Below, in pieces: positions 51,842 through 64,000 of a stretch of DNA of 64,000 nucleotides. Location of the stretch: contig NC_087252.1 in assembly GCF_037042905.1 (NCBI RefSeq), forward strand, positions 25,236,001-25,300,000, written 5' to 3'. Under the pieces are notes generated by a model, which was not told the origin of the DNA, did no database searches, and saw only the letters and a program-made list of their open reading frames with translations. Both the position numbers and the translations under genes were made by a program. Source of the stretch: Lytechinus pictus (taxonomy: Eukaryota). Each line of letters starts with the position of its first letter. The stretch's first letter is position 1.

Positions 51842-52151
51842 GCCCGTATTCTGATAGCAGGTTTAACTTAAACTCAGGTTTAAAGCTGTAGTTTAAGTAT
51901 GGATAGCCAATTGTTACATAAATCACTAACTGTAGAGATATCATACTTCAGCTCATTTGGCTCTCAAATCGTTCATACTTGTCTAGGAAGTATAAGCAGA
52001 TTAATGTCTTTACCATCGATGAATCAGGAAAGAGCGCAGTAAACATAGGAAACACACAACTTATTAATAATTTTGATACTTATGGCTTCCCATACTTAAA
52101 CCACAACTTTAAACCTGGGTTTAAATTAAACCCGACTTCAGAATACGGGCC
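51842..52151. mobile_element. TIR MITE inserted into the CACAGTGTG repeat
   Basis: GCCCGTATTCTGA / TCAGAATACGGGC termini with long subterminal inverted repeats. Confidence 0.72.
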
Positions 52152-53185
52152 ACTGTGATCAGACTGTGTGACACTGTGTTCTGTATAGCCCCCCATCCAT
52201 CAAAATAGCCTGGCATCCACCCCACCCTGGTGGTATGGCTTAATCATAATAATGCTGGTCGCTTGTATCTTATGTTCTCGTATATAGCATATCACCTTAA
52301 TTTAAGGGCTTATAAAAAAAAGGGGGACTGAAATAAAACATCCCCAAAAATATTTTACTAGCAAGCTTTTCTAAATAATGAATAGAATAATTATCAACTG
52401 CCAATATATTTAGAGAAAATTATATATTCCCTTGCCATACTTAGCAACAATTAATCAATGTAAACACGGCTTCAACATACTTGAGTATTTAATTTCTTAC
52501 AGGAATATCCAGTTGATATTGATACCAGGAAGAAAAATAGACATAAGTATAAAAATTGTAGTAAACAAGCCTATTAAATAACCCACAAAATAACGATTTC
52601 GGTACTGGTCTATAAGCCTCGACGTCCAAAAAAAATACAAAGACGATCTTAAACCGGATCTACCTTCTTGAAAGAGGACAGGGCTCACAAAGCGTTGCGA
52701 TTGGTCGGTGGGTAAACAATTCTAGGCTTGGTATTTTTTTAAGGATGTGTTGTTGTACTCTCTCAAATCAAAATACACATTCACATTCCATAAGCAAGTT
52801 GTACAAACTATTTGAAACATTATTATAAATTATACAATAAATCCATAACAAATATAATTATACAAATTATACATCAAACTTCAAAGATACTAGAAATTAA
52901 TACTAATGCGTTTCAGCAATTACAAAATGAAATATTAACAAGATGTATGAAATGATGAGAGAAAAAAAAAGATAAAAAGAGTTGTTTTACCTCCCACCCC
53001 CCCCCCCCTCCCTAGGTTAGGAGCACCCTCCCCTTTTTATGCCTATACTCTTCATAGAAGGGACTACAATTCTCCGTATTGTTTTTTTTCTGTGTTTTTG
53101 TTTATTTTGTTATGTGATTTTGGTATTATTAATACCATCGATTGTAAACACAATGTGTACGATCAATCGCTTAGAAGTGTGATAT

Positions 53186-53385
53186 GCCGTGGTGCCGTGG
53201 CCGAGTGGTCTAAGGCGCCTGGCTAAACATGGAAAGTCCGGGGTTTGATCCCCGGCCGCGGCACCTATGCCCGTGAGCAAGGCATTTGATCTACAATGCT
53301 CTTTTATCCTGCTTTCAAATAAATGGAAATGCTATATGCATTATTGGAAACTAGATGTGCACTTGTTTAAAAAAGAAACAAAAAT
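53186..53385 (+). mobile_element. tRNA-derived SINE
   Basis: A box TGGCCGAGTGG, B-box-like GGTTTGATCCC, A-rich tail; same family as 55240-55418. Confidence 0.82.
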
Positions 53386-54699
53386 ATGGGGCCGTTGGTC
53401 TCCTTTTCTCCCATCGTAATCTAACCATTAAAAATATCAAAAATGAGGATATTTTTCTGATCATTTTTCTTTACCTATCAGGATACTTTTAAAAAGGTAA
53501 TATTACGGGAAACATTCTGCTGGTATGCTATAGAGTTACCAAGGCAACTTCACAGGGGCGTATACCCTTCTTTTTTCAAGTAGGAACAAGAGAGGCGGAA
53601 AGAAAATGATGTAAGAAATAACAAGAATATATGAAAATAAGAGATCCCGGTTTTGTAACATTACAACACCCTATAATTCAATTGAGAAATATAGAAGGTC
53701 TTCGTGCCCCTCGTCGCCCCCCCCCCCCCGGCCCTAAATCAATCTTCCTCGTACCACCCCTGACAATTCCAATGGCGGTGCTCGCGTGTGGAAAACATGA
53801 TAATTTGACTTTATACGACTATTTCAAGTTATTGCAATGAAAATATAGTAGAATAATTATGAAAGGGGGAGACAGGAGATTGGGTGCTGCAATTACCCTT
53901 ACTTTTATTACTTGGATTCCGAAATGATCTGGTGGAGGGGTCGCGTTACCTCCGCCCCCCCCCCCCCCTCTTCCCATATCAGAATATGCCTGCGTGTCCC
54001 CTGTAAAGGGGTAGGGTACCCTCATGTTTTAAGCATGTGAAATTCGAGAGATCGGGTCATAAATATACTTCATGTATAGTCTTAAATCTATACCTGGGAT
54101 AAGAACGCGAAGACGAGCGCTATAATTTCTGTAAAGAGATTTATCTGATTATTTTGTAAAACACAAGTAAAACAAACTGTCATCTTTTCACAAAAAAAAT
54201 TAAATTTTGTTTGATTTGAGCACTACAATAGTTTATTAATCGTCTCATATAATAAAAAAGGCATACATAAATTTGCTTTATTAGGCTTCAAACCACAAAA
54301 ATCAAGTAGTACATGTTCATATTTTTATTTCATATTGTTCTATTTCCATAATTTTTATTTAACAATCAACTTTGTTCAGATACGTGAACTGCAAGTGGTG
54401 CACAACTGCACATTAATTCATAATGTATAACCGGCTATTTGGTTGGGCATGGAGGGGCTTTTTTCGAAGCTGGACTTGAAGATAGCAGCCCCTGTAACTT
54501 GGATTTATGGGGGGTATGGTGCATTTAAAAGATAGAAGAAAAGAGGATAAAAAAGATGGCTATGTTAAGCGAAGATACGCAAAATAAAGTGAGTCAAAAG
54601 GAAGGAACTTGCCAAGCAACATGTGAGCTGTCGTCCCAGTGAGTTATCTTAAAACCAGTACGAACTTTAGTACAGGATCTAAAGCACTAGCGTACCTAC

Positions 54700-54821
54700 C
54701 TTCATAACTTAAAAACAATTCCTGTCATCCGGTTTGAGACCTGGACACTGAAGAACCATAACATTTCCTTGTTTCGGATTCCGATCCACAAAATCTTTGC
54801 ATGAATTATCGCGGGTAAATG
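54700..54821 (-). pseudogene. Probable decayed Ly6-like exon in intron 1
   Basis: TTTTAG| acceptor and AG|GTAGG donor; 122 nt, one short of symmetric phase 1. Reads AFTRDNSCKDF...LQCPGLKPDDRNCF*. Confidence 0.4.
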
Positions 54822-54841
54822 CTAAAACATGTGGTGCTTAA

Positions 54842-55618
54842 AGGACAAGTCCACCCCAACAAAAAGTTGATTTGAATAAAAAGAGAAAAATCCAACAAGC
54901 ACATCACTGAAACTTTCATCAAAATCGGATGTAAAAAAGTTATGAAATTCTAAAGTTTCGCTTAATTTCACAAAATAGTAATATGCACATCCCGGTCAGT
55001 ATGCAAATGAGGGAACTGATGACATCACTCAGTCACTATTTCTTTTGAATTTTATTATACAAAATATGAAATATTCTAATTTTCTCCTCATTGTCCTGTG
55101 AAAAAAAGTTTTATTTCACCCTGAACATGTGGAATTACCATTGTTTAACGTTTTATGGTAAAGTCATGTTGGTCCTTATTGCCAAGTCTGTAAAAATAGA
55201 ATTGTATAATTCAAACAATAAAAAACAAAAGAAATAGTTATTTTTTTTTTTTAGTTTTTTTTTTAAGAACAAGTGCACACCTAGTTACAAATAATGCGTA
55301 AAGCATTTCCTTTTATTTGAATGCAGGATAAAAGAGCATAGGTGTCGTAGCCGGGGATCGAACCCCGGACTTTCCATGTATAGCCAGGCGCCTTAGACCA
55401 CTCGGCCACGGCACCTCCATGAGTGAGTGACATCATCGATTCTTCCATTTGCATGTGACTAAGTTGTGCATGGAACTATTTTGTGAAAAATAAGCGAAAC
55501 TTTAAGATGTCATAACATTCTCATTTTACATCCGATTTTGATGAAATTTTCAGCATTATGCTTGTCTGATTTTTCTTTATTGATTCAAATCAACATTTTT
55601 CTGGGGTGGACGTGACCT
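54842..55618. mobile_element. Kolobok-type MITE family A, copy 3 (with SINE insertion)
   Basis: TTAA|AGGACAAGTCCACCCC...GGGGTGGACGTGACCT|TTAA. Confidence 0.85.
55240..55418 (-). mobile_element. tRNA-derived SINE nested in a Kolobok MITE
   Basis: Poly-T then the reverse complement of the 53186 SINE with an internal deletion; B box GGTTCGATCCC. Confidence 0.82.
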
Positions 55619-55714
55619 TTAATTTCATTTTATTTGATCTTCCTGTAAGAACTTCTGCATTTTGACACCATGATCACCAACCTGCGCCTTTTCATTTCAG
55701 AGATACCATTATAC

Positions 55715-57947
55715 CATGGGCGGAAATCCCAGGGGGGACAGGGGGACGTGTCCCCCCTACCAAAAATAGTAGGGGGGACACAATATCAAATGTCCCCCCT
55801 ACTATTTTTGGTCTTTTATGATGGAGAAAAATGCATCATTCACATTCGAAATAATACATGTATTTTGGACTAAATGACCTAACATTTTGGGTGAAAACCT
55901 TTGTTTATTTTGCTTGTCAAATTTTCAAGAGTGAATAAAATAAGATGAGGGGAAAACTTAGAAAGAATATTTCATGTCACTATATAAAATTTTCGCTCGC
56001 GCTTCGCGCTCGCATTGCCTGTTAGGTGATTTTTCAATATGGAGCTTAGATATCATGTTTGGAAGTCAATATACATTATACATTTCACCTCGGAAATCGA
56101 ACTTTCATTATTTTGTGTGATTTACAAACGGATTAAAAAAAAAGTGATTTATAAAAGTTACAGCTTTATGGTCTGAATATTGGCATTTTCTACTCGCACT
56201 GAGCGCTCGCAAAATTCGATTTATTCAGTATCTATTATTTTTGTGTATTCCATTTAGATTGAAAATATCCCTTTTCAAGTCTGATTGTCAAAACGTAGCA
56301 GATAGTGCTACTTGTATTTTGATTGGCGATTTATGTATGTCTCAATATTGATTTTCATGACAGTTTATCAAAGATTTTGGCTCGCAATTTGCGCTCGCAT
56401 TGATGGTTAAAAATATTTTAACTGATGCATTCTATTCCTAATTACAAAAGTGCTTGAAATGTCCAGTTTTCAGGCCATAATATCATCAGATTTCCCGCCC
56501 GCAAAATGCGTTAATAAATAAGATATAAATTTAATGATTAAATTGTCCCTTTTGTTTCATCTCGCGCTTAGTAAGAGGAATAGGAAGATAGTCATCATTT
56601 CCATATGACTTGTCCTATAAGGATGTCCCGGTCCTATGGCAAACCTCAAATAATAATGAAATATTAAGTGTGATCCATATCCACCTCACAATTTTCCTAC
56701 AAAGTGCATGAAATATATAGCTGAAATTGACTCTTTTTTTTTCAGATCAGAATATCAAAAAGTTTAAGCTCGCGCTTCGCGCTCGCTGATAGATGTGTAA
56801 AATGCCGAGATTCTAGGTCTAAATCTGAAAAACGCTTATGTTTATTCAGATATTCAATTCGTTCTCTATTTAAATCATTATCCAGTTTCAGATTACAATA
56901 TCAAAAATTTTGTGCTCGCATTATTAATGTAGAAAGATCCCCTATTACTCATCCTTTTCATGATTTACAAAACATGAGTGTCCCGTTTTTAGGTCTAAAT
57001 CTCGAATTTTTCTGCTCACGCTTCGCTTACATCAATTGTTTAGTTATATAGCTACCCTGTTCACCATTACAAAAATTGATTAAAATTTTCGATTCTTTTT
57101 GAAAAAATGTCAAAAATTTTCAGCTCGCGATTCGCGCTGGCATTTATTGTTGAAATATGTAACGTCTTCATGGCTAAGTGCAAGCAGTCCTTAACAAGTA
57201 CCTTTTTGATCAATTCAAATTAAACGTATATGAACATTTTCTGGCTGCATTTTGCACTCGCTTTATTTATGTAAGGACCGGGTGTAAGAAAGACCCCCAA
57301 TTACTCATCCTTTTCATGATTTACAAAACATGAATAGAGTGTCTCGTTCTTAGGTCTAAATCTCAAAACTTTCCGCTCGCGCTTCGCGTTCGCATCAATT
57401 GTTTAGTTATATACCTATTATATGTTTAAGTTACAAAAAGTGCTTAGAATTTCCAGTCTTTAGGTAAAAATTTCAAAAATTTTCAGCTCGCGCTTTGCGC
57501 TCGCATTATTTGATTGTTGAAATATGTAGCGTCTTCATGGCTAATTGCAAGCAGTCTTTAACAGGTACCTTTTCCATCAGTTAACCTCTGCTCGCACTTC
57601 GCGGTCGTGGTAAATATTTAGTTGTATATACATCTTTTTCAGGATAACAAACATTGCCCAAAATGTTCAAATTTTAGGAAAAAAATACATAAATTTTCCC
57701 AAAAAAATTTGCTCGCGCTTCGCGCTCGCATTATATAAATAAGGACAATGATATCAGATATTTATGTTGATTTATAAGAATAAAGATAAAAAGTGACCAT
57801 GAGGACTACTCCTTCAATGAAACAGACAAAAATTACCTTCGAGCGGCCGATCGGGGATTAATATGGCTGAAAATGTTTTTGTCCCCCCCCCCCAGGCTGG
57901 ATCAGCCCGTTGTCCCCCTTACCTTTCGGGACAGATTTCCGCCCATA
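55715..57947. mobile_element. ~2.2-kb TIR element (hAT-like) with internal GCTCGCGCTTCGCGCTCGC repeats
   Basis: CATGGGCGGAAATC / GATTTCCGCCCAT termini; repeated internal motif; internal duplication ~56930-57210 vs ~57290-57575. Confidence 0.7.
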
Positions 57948-58399
57948 TAAGATGTAAAAAAGGTCATTGACCTTTGAAAGGCTTTGACCTTGAATGTTAT
58001 GGGTGAATGAGCATTTTAGGTACTTAATTTTATCTTATTTTATCTTCTTGTAACAATCTGTGCACTTTGACACCATGGTCACCAACATGTAGTATTTTAT
58101 TTGGGAGATACCATTATACAGTATATTTAAATTGGTCATTGACCTTTGACCTTGAAAAAAAAAACACTTTCCCCACCCCGGCTTTCTCCTTACTTTTTTT
58201 TTTTTTTTTTTTTTGGGGGGGGGTAAATGTCGACACCCATACCTACTCAAATCAGTTGAAAAACCATTTCCAATCATTTTATTCCAGATGGTTACTGATT
58301 GCGGGATACTATGGATGTATGCCAGTTGTCCTCCGACCCCCCCCCCCCCCCAAAAAAAAAAAAAATTAATAAATCCCAGTGGGTAATAAATTACACCTT

Positions 58400-58640
58400 A
58401 CACTGTAAAAACGGTGGTGTTAAAACTGACACCAGTTGGTGTTAATAGAGGACCACAACCTGAGGTGTTAGAATGACACCCTAGAGATGGAACATTACGC
58501 CAAAGAGTGTATAAGTAACATCCAAAGGTGTTGTAATAACACCTATAGGTGTTAAACTAACACTGTCAATTTAACACCGGAGTAGAATAACTGGTGTGGT
58601 CCTTTATGTACACCGGTTAACACCACAGTTTTTGCTGTGT
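58400..58640. mobile_element. CACTA/EnSpm-like MITE
   Basis: CACTGTAAAAACGGTGGTGTTAA...TTAACACCACAGTTTTTGCTGTG. Confidence 0.62.
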
Positions 58641-58847
58641 AGTGATATCTTATGACGCAAAAGAGTGTAAAACTAACAACCATGCACCCATGGATGTTGA
58701 ACTAGCACTGCAAATTTAACACCGGAATCAAACGTGTAATCCGGTTAACACAACAATTCTTGCTTGTGTGCTTTGTAATGTTTTCAAAACGGTACTAATA
58801 AACATTTCTTGCAACAGACTAGGATTTATTAAATTAAAAATTCTTAC

Positions 58848-58908
58848 CAGTTCCATATGACAGGCCTGCAACTGCCAGAAGAAGGACTGTGACGATGATA
58901 CACTTCAT
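58848..58908 (-). CDS. Signal-peptide exon of the Ly6/uPAR-like protein
   Basis: MKCIIVTVLLLAVAGLSYGT then G|GTAAG (phase 1). An acceptor-like TTCTTAG| lies 4 nt upstream of the ATG, suggesting an upstream UTR exon. Confidence 0.78.
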
Positions 58909-60342
58909 GCTTCTAAGAATTCGTGAGAAAGATCAGATTTAATAAGGGATTATGTCTCCATTTAGCACAACTGTATTATTTTGGTTGTAACGAATAACAG
59001 CATTTATATATTTTTTTAAATATTTTGAGAGATCATATCGTGTTTCTGTAATATATAGGACGCCGGGGGTGCGTCAAATGTATTGCTGTACACATGCGTG
59101 ACCAAATAATTTCCAAACACCCCCTAAACGAGTTTTTCTCTGTGTGCCAACTAACCCACAAACAATTTTTTTCGCGGGCTTTGTTTACACATTTTGGCCC
59201 CAACTTTTTTTTAATATTTTGAGTGAACCATGTCGTTACATGAAGCGACATCTTCACATTTTCTGACAGCCAAGTTGATTGATGTGAAACATGAAATGTT
59301 TCCATAGCACCTCTCAGATCTAGAGTCGCACACAGTCCTGGGTCAGCATAAATACTTTAAAACGCCCATTTTTAGCCACTAGCCCACACAGTCATGACAG
59401 TATAGGGACCAATATGCATACATGCATTTCCAGCACATTTTATGGAGTATTTAAGCCTTATTTTTCACTATTTAGGAAATTTTGAGGTAAGTTTATAGCA
59501 ATGTCTGTAGTGATAATGCTGCTAATAAGCCTTGGAAAATTACAACAAAGGATATTTTTTGTTGGGGGGGGGGCGAGTAGTGGTCTTGATAAATTATAGA
59601 AATCGTGCTAATATAACAAGTTGAATCAAGGAAAGTTACAAAGAGGAGGAAGGAAAAGCACAAAACGAAATGGCGATATGATGAAGTAGAAGAAAGGCGG
59701 CAAAGAAAAAAAAATAAAAAAGGAAGAGGAATAATTGAAAGGGGTCCAGTTTATACAGTTACAGTCGATTTCAATCAAACTAAAATTGGAAACAATCTCA
59801 ACTGTGTATTCTAATAGATAAGATTTCATATCAATATTAATTTGAGTTTGGATTTATCGCAAACATTTGTAAGGTGGGCCCCAAATTACTTCACTAAACA
59901 CAAAACATCAAAAGTATATATTTTTCAATATATTTTCCGGTCGTCTGGCTATGATAGACGTAATTTTGACGCTTCAGCTACATGAGTTTCTATTTGATCA
60001 TGACCATCCTCTCCAACTCACCCCAAACCCTCAACAAAATTTAAATTCCTCTGCGTGCAGCATAATACTCAAAACTATCAACACAAGCAGACTCCTCAGA
60101 GCAGTGACAATAAATGTTACAAACTCGATCTAAATACATACAAGTAAAAGTCGTACCTGAATAATCAAGAACTATCTTTGAAATCGTGGCACTAAAAAGT
60201 AAAACGGGAGAGACGATCGATGGATGCATGTAACCACTTCAATTAAGTCAACTGGTACGATGACACAGACGCACTTATATATGTAAGCCTACCCTGCACC
60301 AAAAGGTCGCGTCATAAAATGGCGGTTAACGAGGCTGTTTAA

Positions 60343-60924
60343 AGGACAAGTCCACCCCAACAAAAAGTTGATTTGATTAGAAAGAGAAAACTCCAACAAG
60401 TATAACACTGAAAATTTCATCAAAATCGGATGTAAAATAAGAAAGTTATAACATTTTGAATTTTCGCTTAATTTCGCAAAACAGTTATATGCACATCCTG
60501 GCTGGTATGCAAATGAGAAGACTATGACGTCATCCACTCACTATTTCTTTTGTATTTTATTATATGAAATATGAAATATTCTAATTTTCTCCTCATTGTC
60601 AATACAACGATTAATTCCTCCCTGAACATGTGGTATTAGCATTGTTTAATACTATATGGTTCAGTCAAGTTGGTCCTTATCTATAAAAAATGAAATATTG
60701 TATAATTCAAACAATAAAAAACAAAAGAAATAGTGAGTGATGGACATCATCGACTGACTCACCTAGTTGTGCATATCACTGTTTTGTGAAAAATAAGCGA
60801 AACTTTAAAATGTCATAACTTTCTTATTTTAAATCCAATTTTAATGAAATTTTCAGCACTATGTTAGTTTGATTTTTTGTTTCTATTTATTCAAGTCAAC
60901 AATTTTCTGGGGTGGACTTGACCT
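60343..60924. mobile_element. Kolobok-type MITE family A, copy 4
   Basis: TTAA|AGGACAAGTCCACCCC...GGGGTGGACTTGACCT|TTAA. Confidence 0.85.
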
Positions 60925-61156
60925 TTAAGAAACGAATCCGTGCGTTTGCATGCAGGGTCGTAGATAGCCGGGGAGGATCGATGCATTGTAAAATAATCAC
61001 CCATGCAGATTTTTAGGAGAAAAAAGTTCTTTATATTAACTTTTAGCCACTATCATTAGTATTATTATTAGCAGTATTATTGTTATTATTATTGTTATTA
61101 TAATGCAATGATGATTCAAGATTCATGTGTGAAAAAAGTCCCTATATAGGCTTGAT

Positions 61157-61729
61157 GCCCTTTCACACTGTAAACATTTTAAATTCAAATGATACCAGTG
61201 AAAAATAAGGTTAATGATGAATAATTAGCACGTATGAAACCAAACTAGAACATGAACGCTAATCACAGCACGATTACAATAGCAAATTCAAGATTCACGT
61301 GTGAAAAGGTCCTACATTTAAAAGACAATGATGATTGCAATTCGTCTTTAGAATCATCGGACCTTTCACACTCTCACTCTCACTTATTTTAATTCGAATT
61401 CCCGAGCGAAGGCGGTATGTGTCCTTTGTGACTTGTCAATCAAAACACTGCATCGATACGATGAGTGCATGACAATTGTATTATCCACGGAAGTGCTTGA
61501 AAGCTCCACCCAAAGATGTTCTGAGGTCAAGCCTTTCACATGTTAAATTCGTACCGTAATTTGAGTGAAACTTAACCGGAATTCACCTCCGGAGTAGAAT
61601 TTGAATTCGCGATTGTGATTAGCGTTCGTGATAGTTGGTTTATTTCACGCGTGCTACAAATTCGTCATTAGCCTATTTTTTCACTGGAATCAATCAAATT
61701 ACGATTTTTTTTTACCGTGTGAAAGAGCG
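61157..61729. mobile_element. Harbinger-like MITE(s)
   Basis: GCCCTTTCACACTGTAAA / TTTACCGTGTGAAAGAGC with inverted subterminal blocks. Confidence 0.5.
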
Positions 61730-62359
61730 GTTAGACTTGAAACGATCACTCTAGCTGTTTTGATTTGCGACCATCCTAACCAGACGGAGACGCGTTCTAC
61801 AACGCACCAATTCCTTTGAAAATGCAAGTCAAATCACAATGGACAGCTGATCGTCCGAAGAATTGGACCGGGCAAAAATTGCAAATATATGCCGTTTAGT
61901 GTCCATAGCCCAGGACGGCAATGCTGTTTTGATTCACCGATTTTCGACAAAGGCTATTTTGTAATTGATGGGCTTTTGACAAAGAGATTCTCTGCGTTAT
62001 CTGCGTAGTGATTTCGAAAACGCCCTATTGTACATTAACCGACGACAGATGGTGTCGTTGATATCTGCTAATAGAGTGACATTCATCGGTTGGTGAATGA
62101 GTTCCCAAAATGTGACTGTTATTGTCATCTTAATAACATTCTCTCAATTGCAGCTGCGGCGTAACCGGGGGACCATATGGATCAATGACCCCACCATTTT
62201 TAAAGTGGGTTCCTACCCCCCCCCCCCCCCCCACCCCGCCCCACTTTTCAAGACAGACGCGATCTATTTTTTTACTAAGCAAAGTATATGTCATTTTGTC
62301 CAATTTTGCATTCTAAAATCTCAAAATTTTCTCACGCGGTCGTACCGCTCCCGCTAGCA

Positions 62360-62814
62360 AATAGACCAGTTCGTAGTTACTCATGGACAATTTTGGTCAA
62401 ATGACCTTTCATTTCTTTCATTATGATAGGCAGATTTCAAAGCAAGATATTACGTAAGCTCGCCTTACATAGCAGGATGAAGAAATTGAATAGACCAGGT
62501 GACTAGAATAGCACACCAATTAACACTTTATGAAGGTATTTGTTGCATTCCTACTTTGAATACATATCATAGCATGTTGCACAATGTACTTGGCAAACTG
62601 TGAAATACCAGTCGTTCGTGGACGCATTGTTGTTTTTTGTAGATGTAAATGATAACCACAATTCAAAAGAATATATGAATAATCAAGACATCAAAGTTGG
62701 TGCTTATCTCATTAGATTTTAAACCACCATGTCACTGTAGTACAAATGACTTTCCTCTGATCATGCGTAGAATATTTTGATCATGCGCAGAAAGGAACTA
62801 CGAACTGGCTTATT
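62360..62814. mobile_element. ~455-bp TIR element, copy 2
   Basis: Near-identical to 43622-44077. Confidence 0.85.
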
Positions 62815-63929
62815 CCTTCGTTTAGCTGTATAGGAAAAATTATGTCTGGGCCACATCTTCCAAAGAGCTACGATTTATCTGATCAACTTCATCTGTATAG
62901 AAATCCATTGATCTCGTAATTTTGTCTACAAACAATTTGCACTACATCCCTATTTAAACAATCAGTGATTATATGAATTTACAGCATATCTAGAAAATAT
63001 TTCGAGTAATCATGCACTTTAGGTGATAATGTTGCTGGCTGTTCATAGTTAGGTTTGATCATATCAATCGTAACTCTTTGTAAGACGGGGTCCTGGTGCA
63101 TTAAGGGAGTACGGTTATACCGAGTCCAATTTCTGAAAAATTCCAGTGCATTTTAAGTATGGTTATAACTTTGATTATAAACCAAGCTAAACATCCACTG
63201 GTATGGGGTGGGGCTGTCATATCCTGACATCTTTGAGGGAGGGGGGGGGGTTGATTTGTTCAAACATAGATCTACAATCTTCAAGTTAAGTGTACAATTC
63301 AATATTGGGGTCAATTGGTTAACATGGTTGGGGATTACTGACACAAATATTTTTTTCTGTGAGGGATTCTTTTTATTTTATTTTATTTTGTTTATTAATT
63401 TATTATTATTATTATTATTATCATCATTTTTTTATTTTTTTATTTTTTTTTTTTTTGGGGGGGGGGGGTGGTCAGTTGCATAATGAACCCAAAATATATA
63501 CGGGGGCCATTCATATTGAACGATATAAAAATTATTTTTTGGGGAAAAAAAAGCTGCGAAGGAGAGATTGAAGCGAGCGAGAAAATTTCTAGACCTTTTT
63601 GATACAACTATCAAATCTAAATTTGTGATAGATTATTGACGTATATTTATATTCATATTGATATCATATTCCTCCATTTAAAAAATACTTTTCTTTCTTT
63701 TCTCAGTTTTTTTTTTGTTCTTCGTGGTAAAACGTTTGGGGTCCATGGCCCCCTAAGCTCCTTTTTTACGTCAGTTGGATCCAATGGACCCAATTTTCTG
63801 AGGACAACAGTCACTCTATTATGCTTGTGCATGGGCCCATACATTTGTTTGTCATAGTTGATGATGGATACGCTAGTGGCAATCCTCTAGTCTGCCTTTT
63901 TTAGTACTAGGTATATATATATATATATA

Positions 63930-64000
63930 TCTATTTGATCATGACCATCCTCTCAACCAACTCACCCCCAAACCCTCAACAAAATTTAAATTCCTCTGCG
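63930..64000 (+). repeat. Direct copy of 59989-60055, running off the window end
   Basis: TCTATTTGATCATGACCATCCTCTC...CAAACCCTCAACAAAATTTAAATTCCTCTGCG is present at both sites. Confidence 0.85.

Noticed and set aside
53186..53265. tRNA gene (also 32345-32418 and 55340-55418)
   Set aside because: A/B boxes are present but the cloverleaf is incomplete and runs into a SINE body and tail.

Overview
AT-rich animal genomic DNA dominated by transposon debris. The repeat families look like those of an echinoderm (sea urchin); this is inference only. Supported content: (1) A + strand spliced gene (exons 20648-20650 or 28964-28972, then 29203-29989, 30815-30883, 32674-32675). It encodes an ~286-aa acidic Pro/Glu-rich protein with a C-terminal TM helix, a DFPPPPPPD motif, a PPxY motif, and a stop codon split by an intron. 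(2) A convergent - strand gene (58908-58848, 50401-50264, 48771-48428) encoding an ~180-aa protein with signal peptide, 8-Cys Ly6/uPAR-like domain and probable GPI anchor, with apparently decayed exons in its first intron. (3) A tRNA-Lys(UUU). (4) A full-length L1/Tx1-clade non-LTR retrotransposon (33425-38676) with a 14-bp TSD, polyA tail, intact ORF1 and an ORF2 broken only by one extra T. (5) Truncated L2/CR1-group and Tx1 LINE fragments, tRNA-derived SINEs, a decayed Tc1/mariner, many TTAA/TA/TAA/8-bp-TSD MITEs (several nested), minisatellites and a degenerate hammerhead-like motif. No prokaryotic features or CRISPR arrays were seen.
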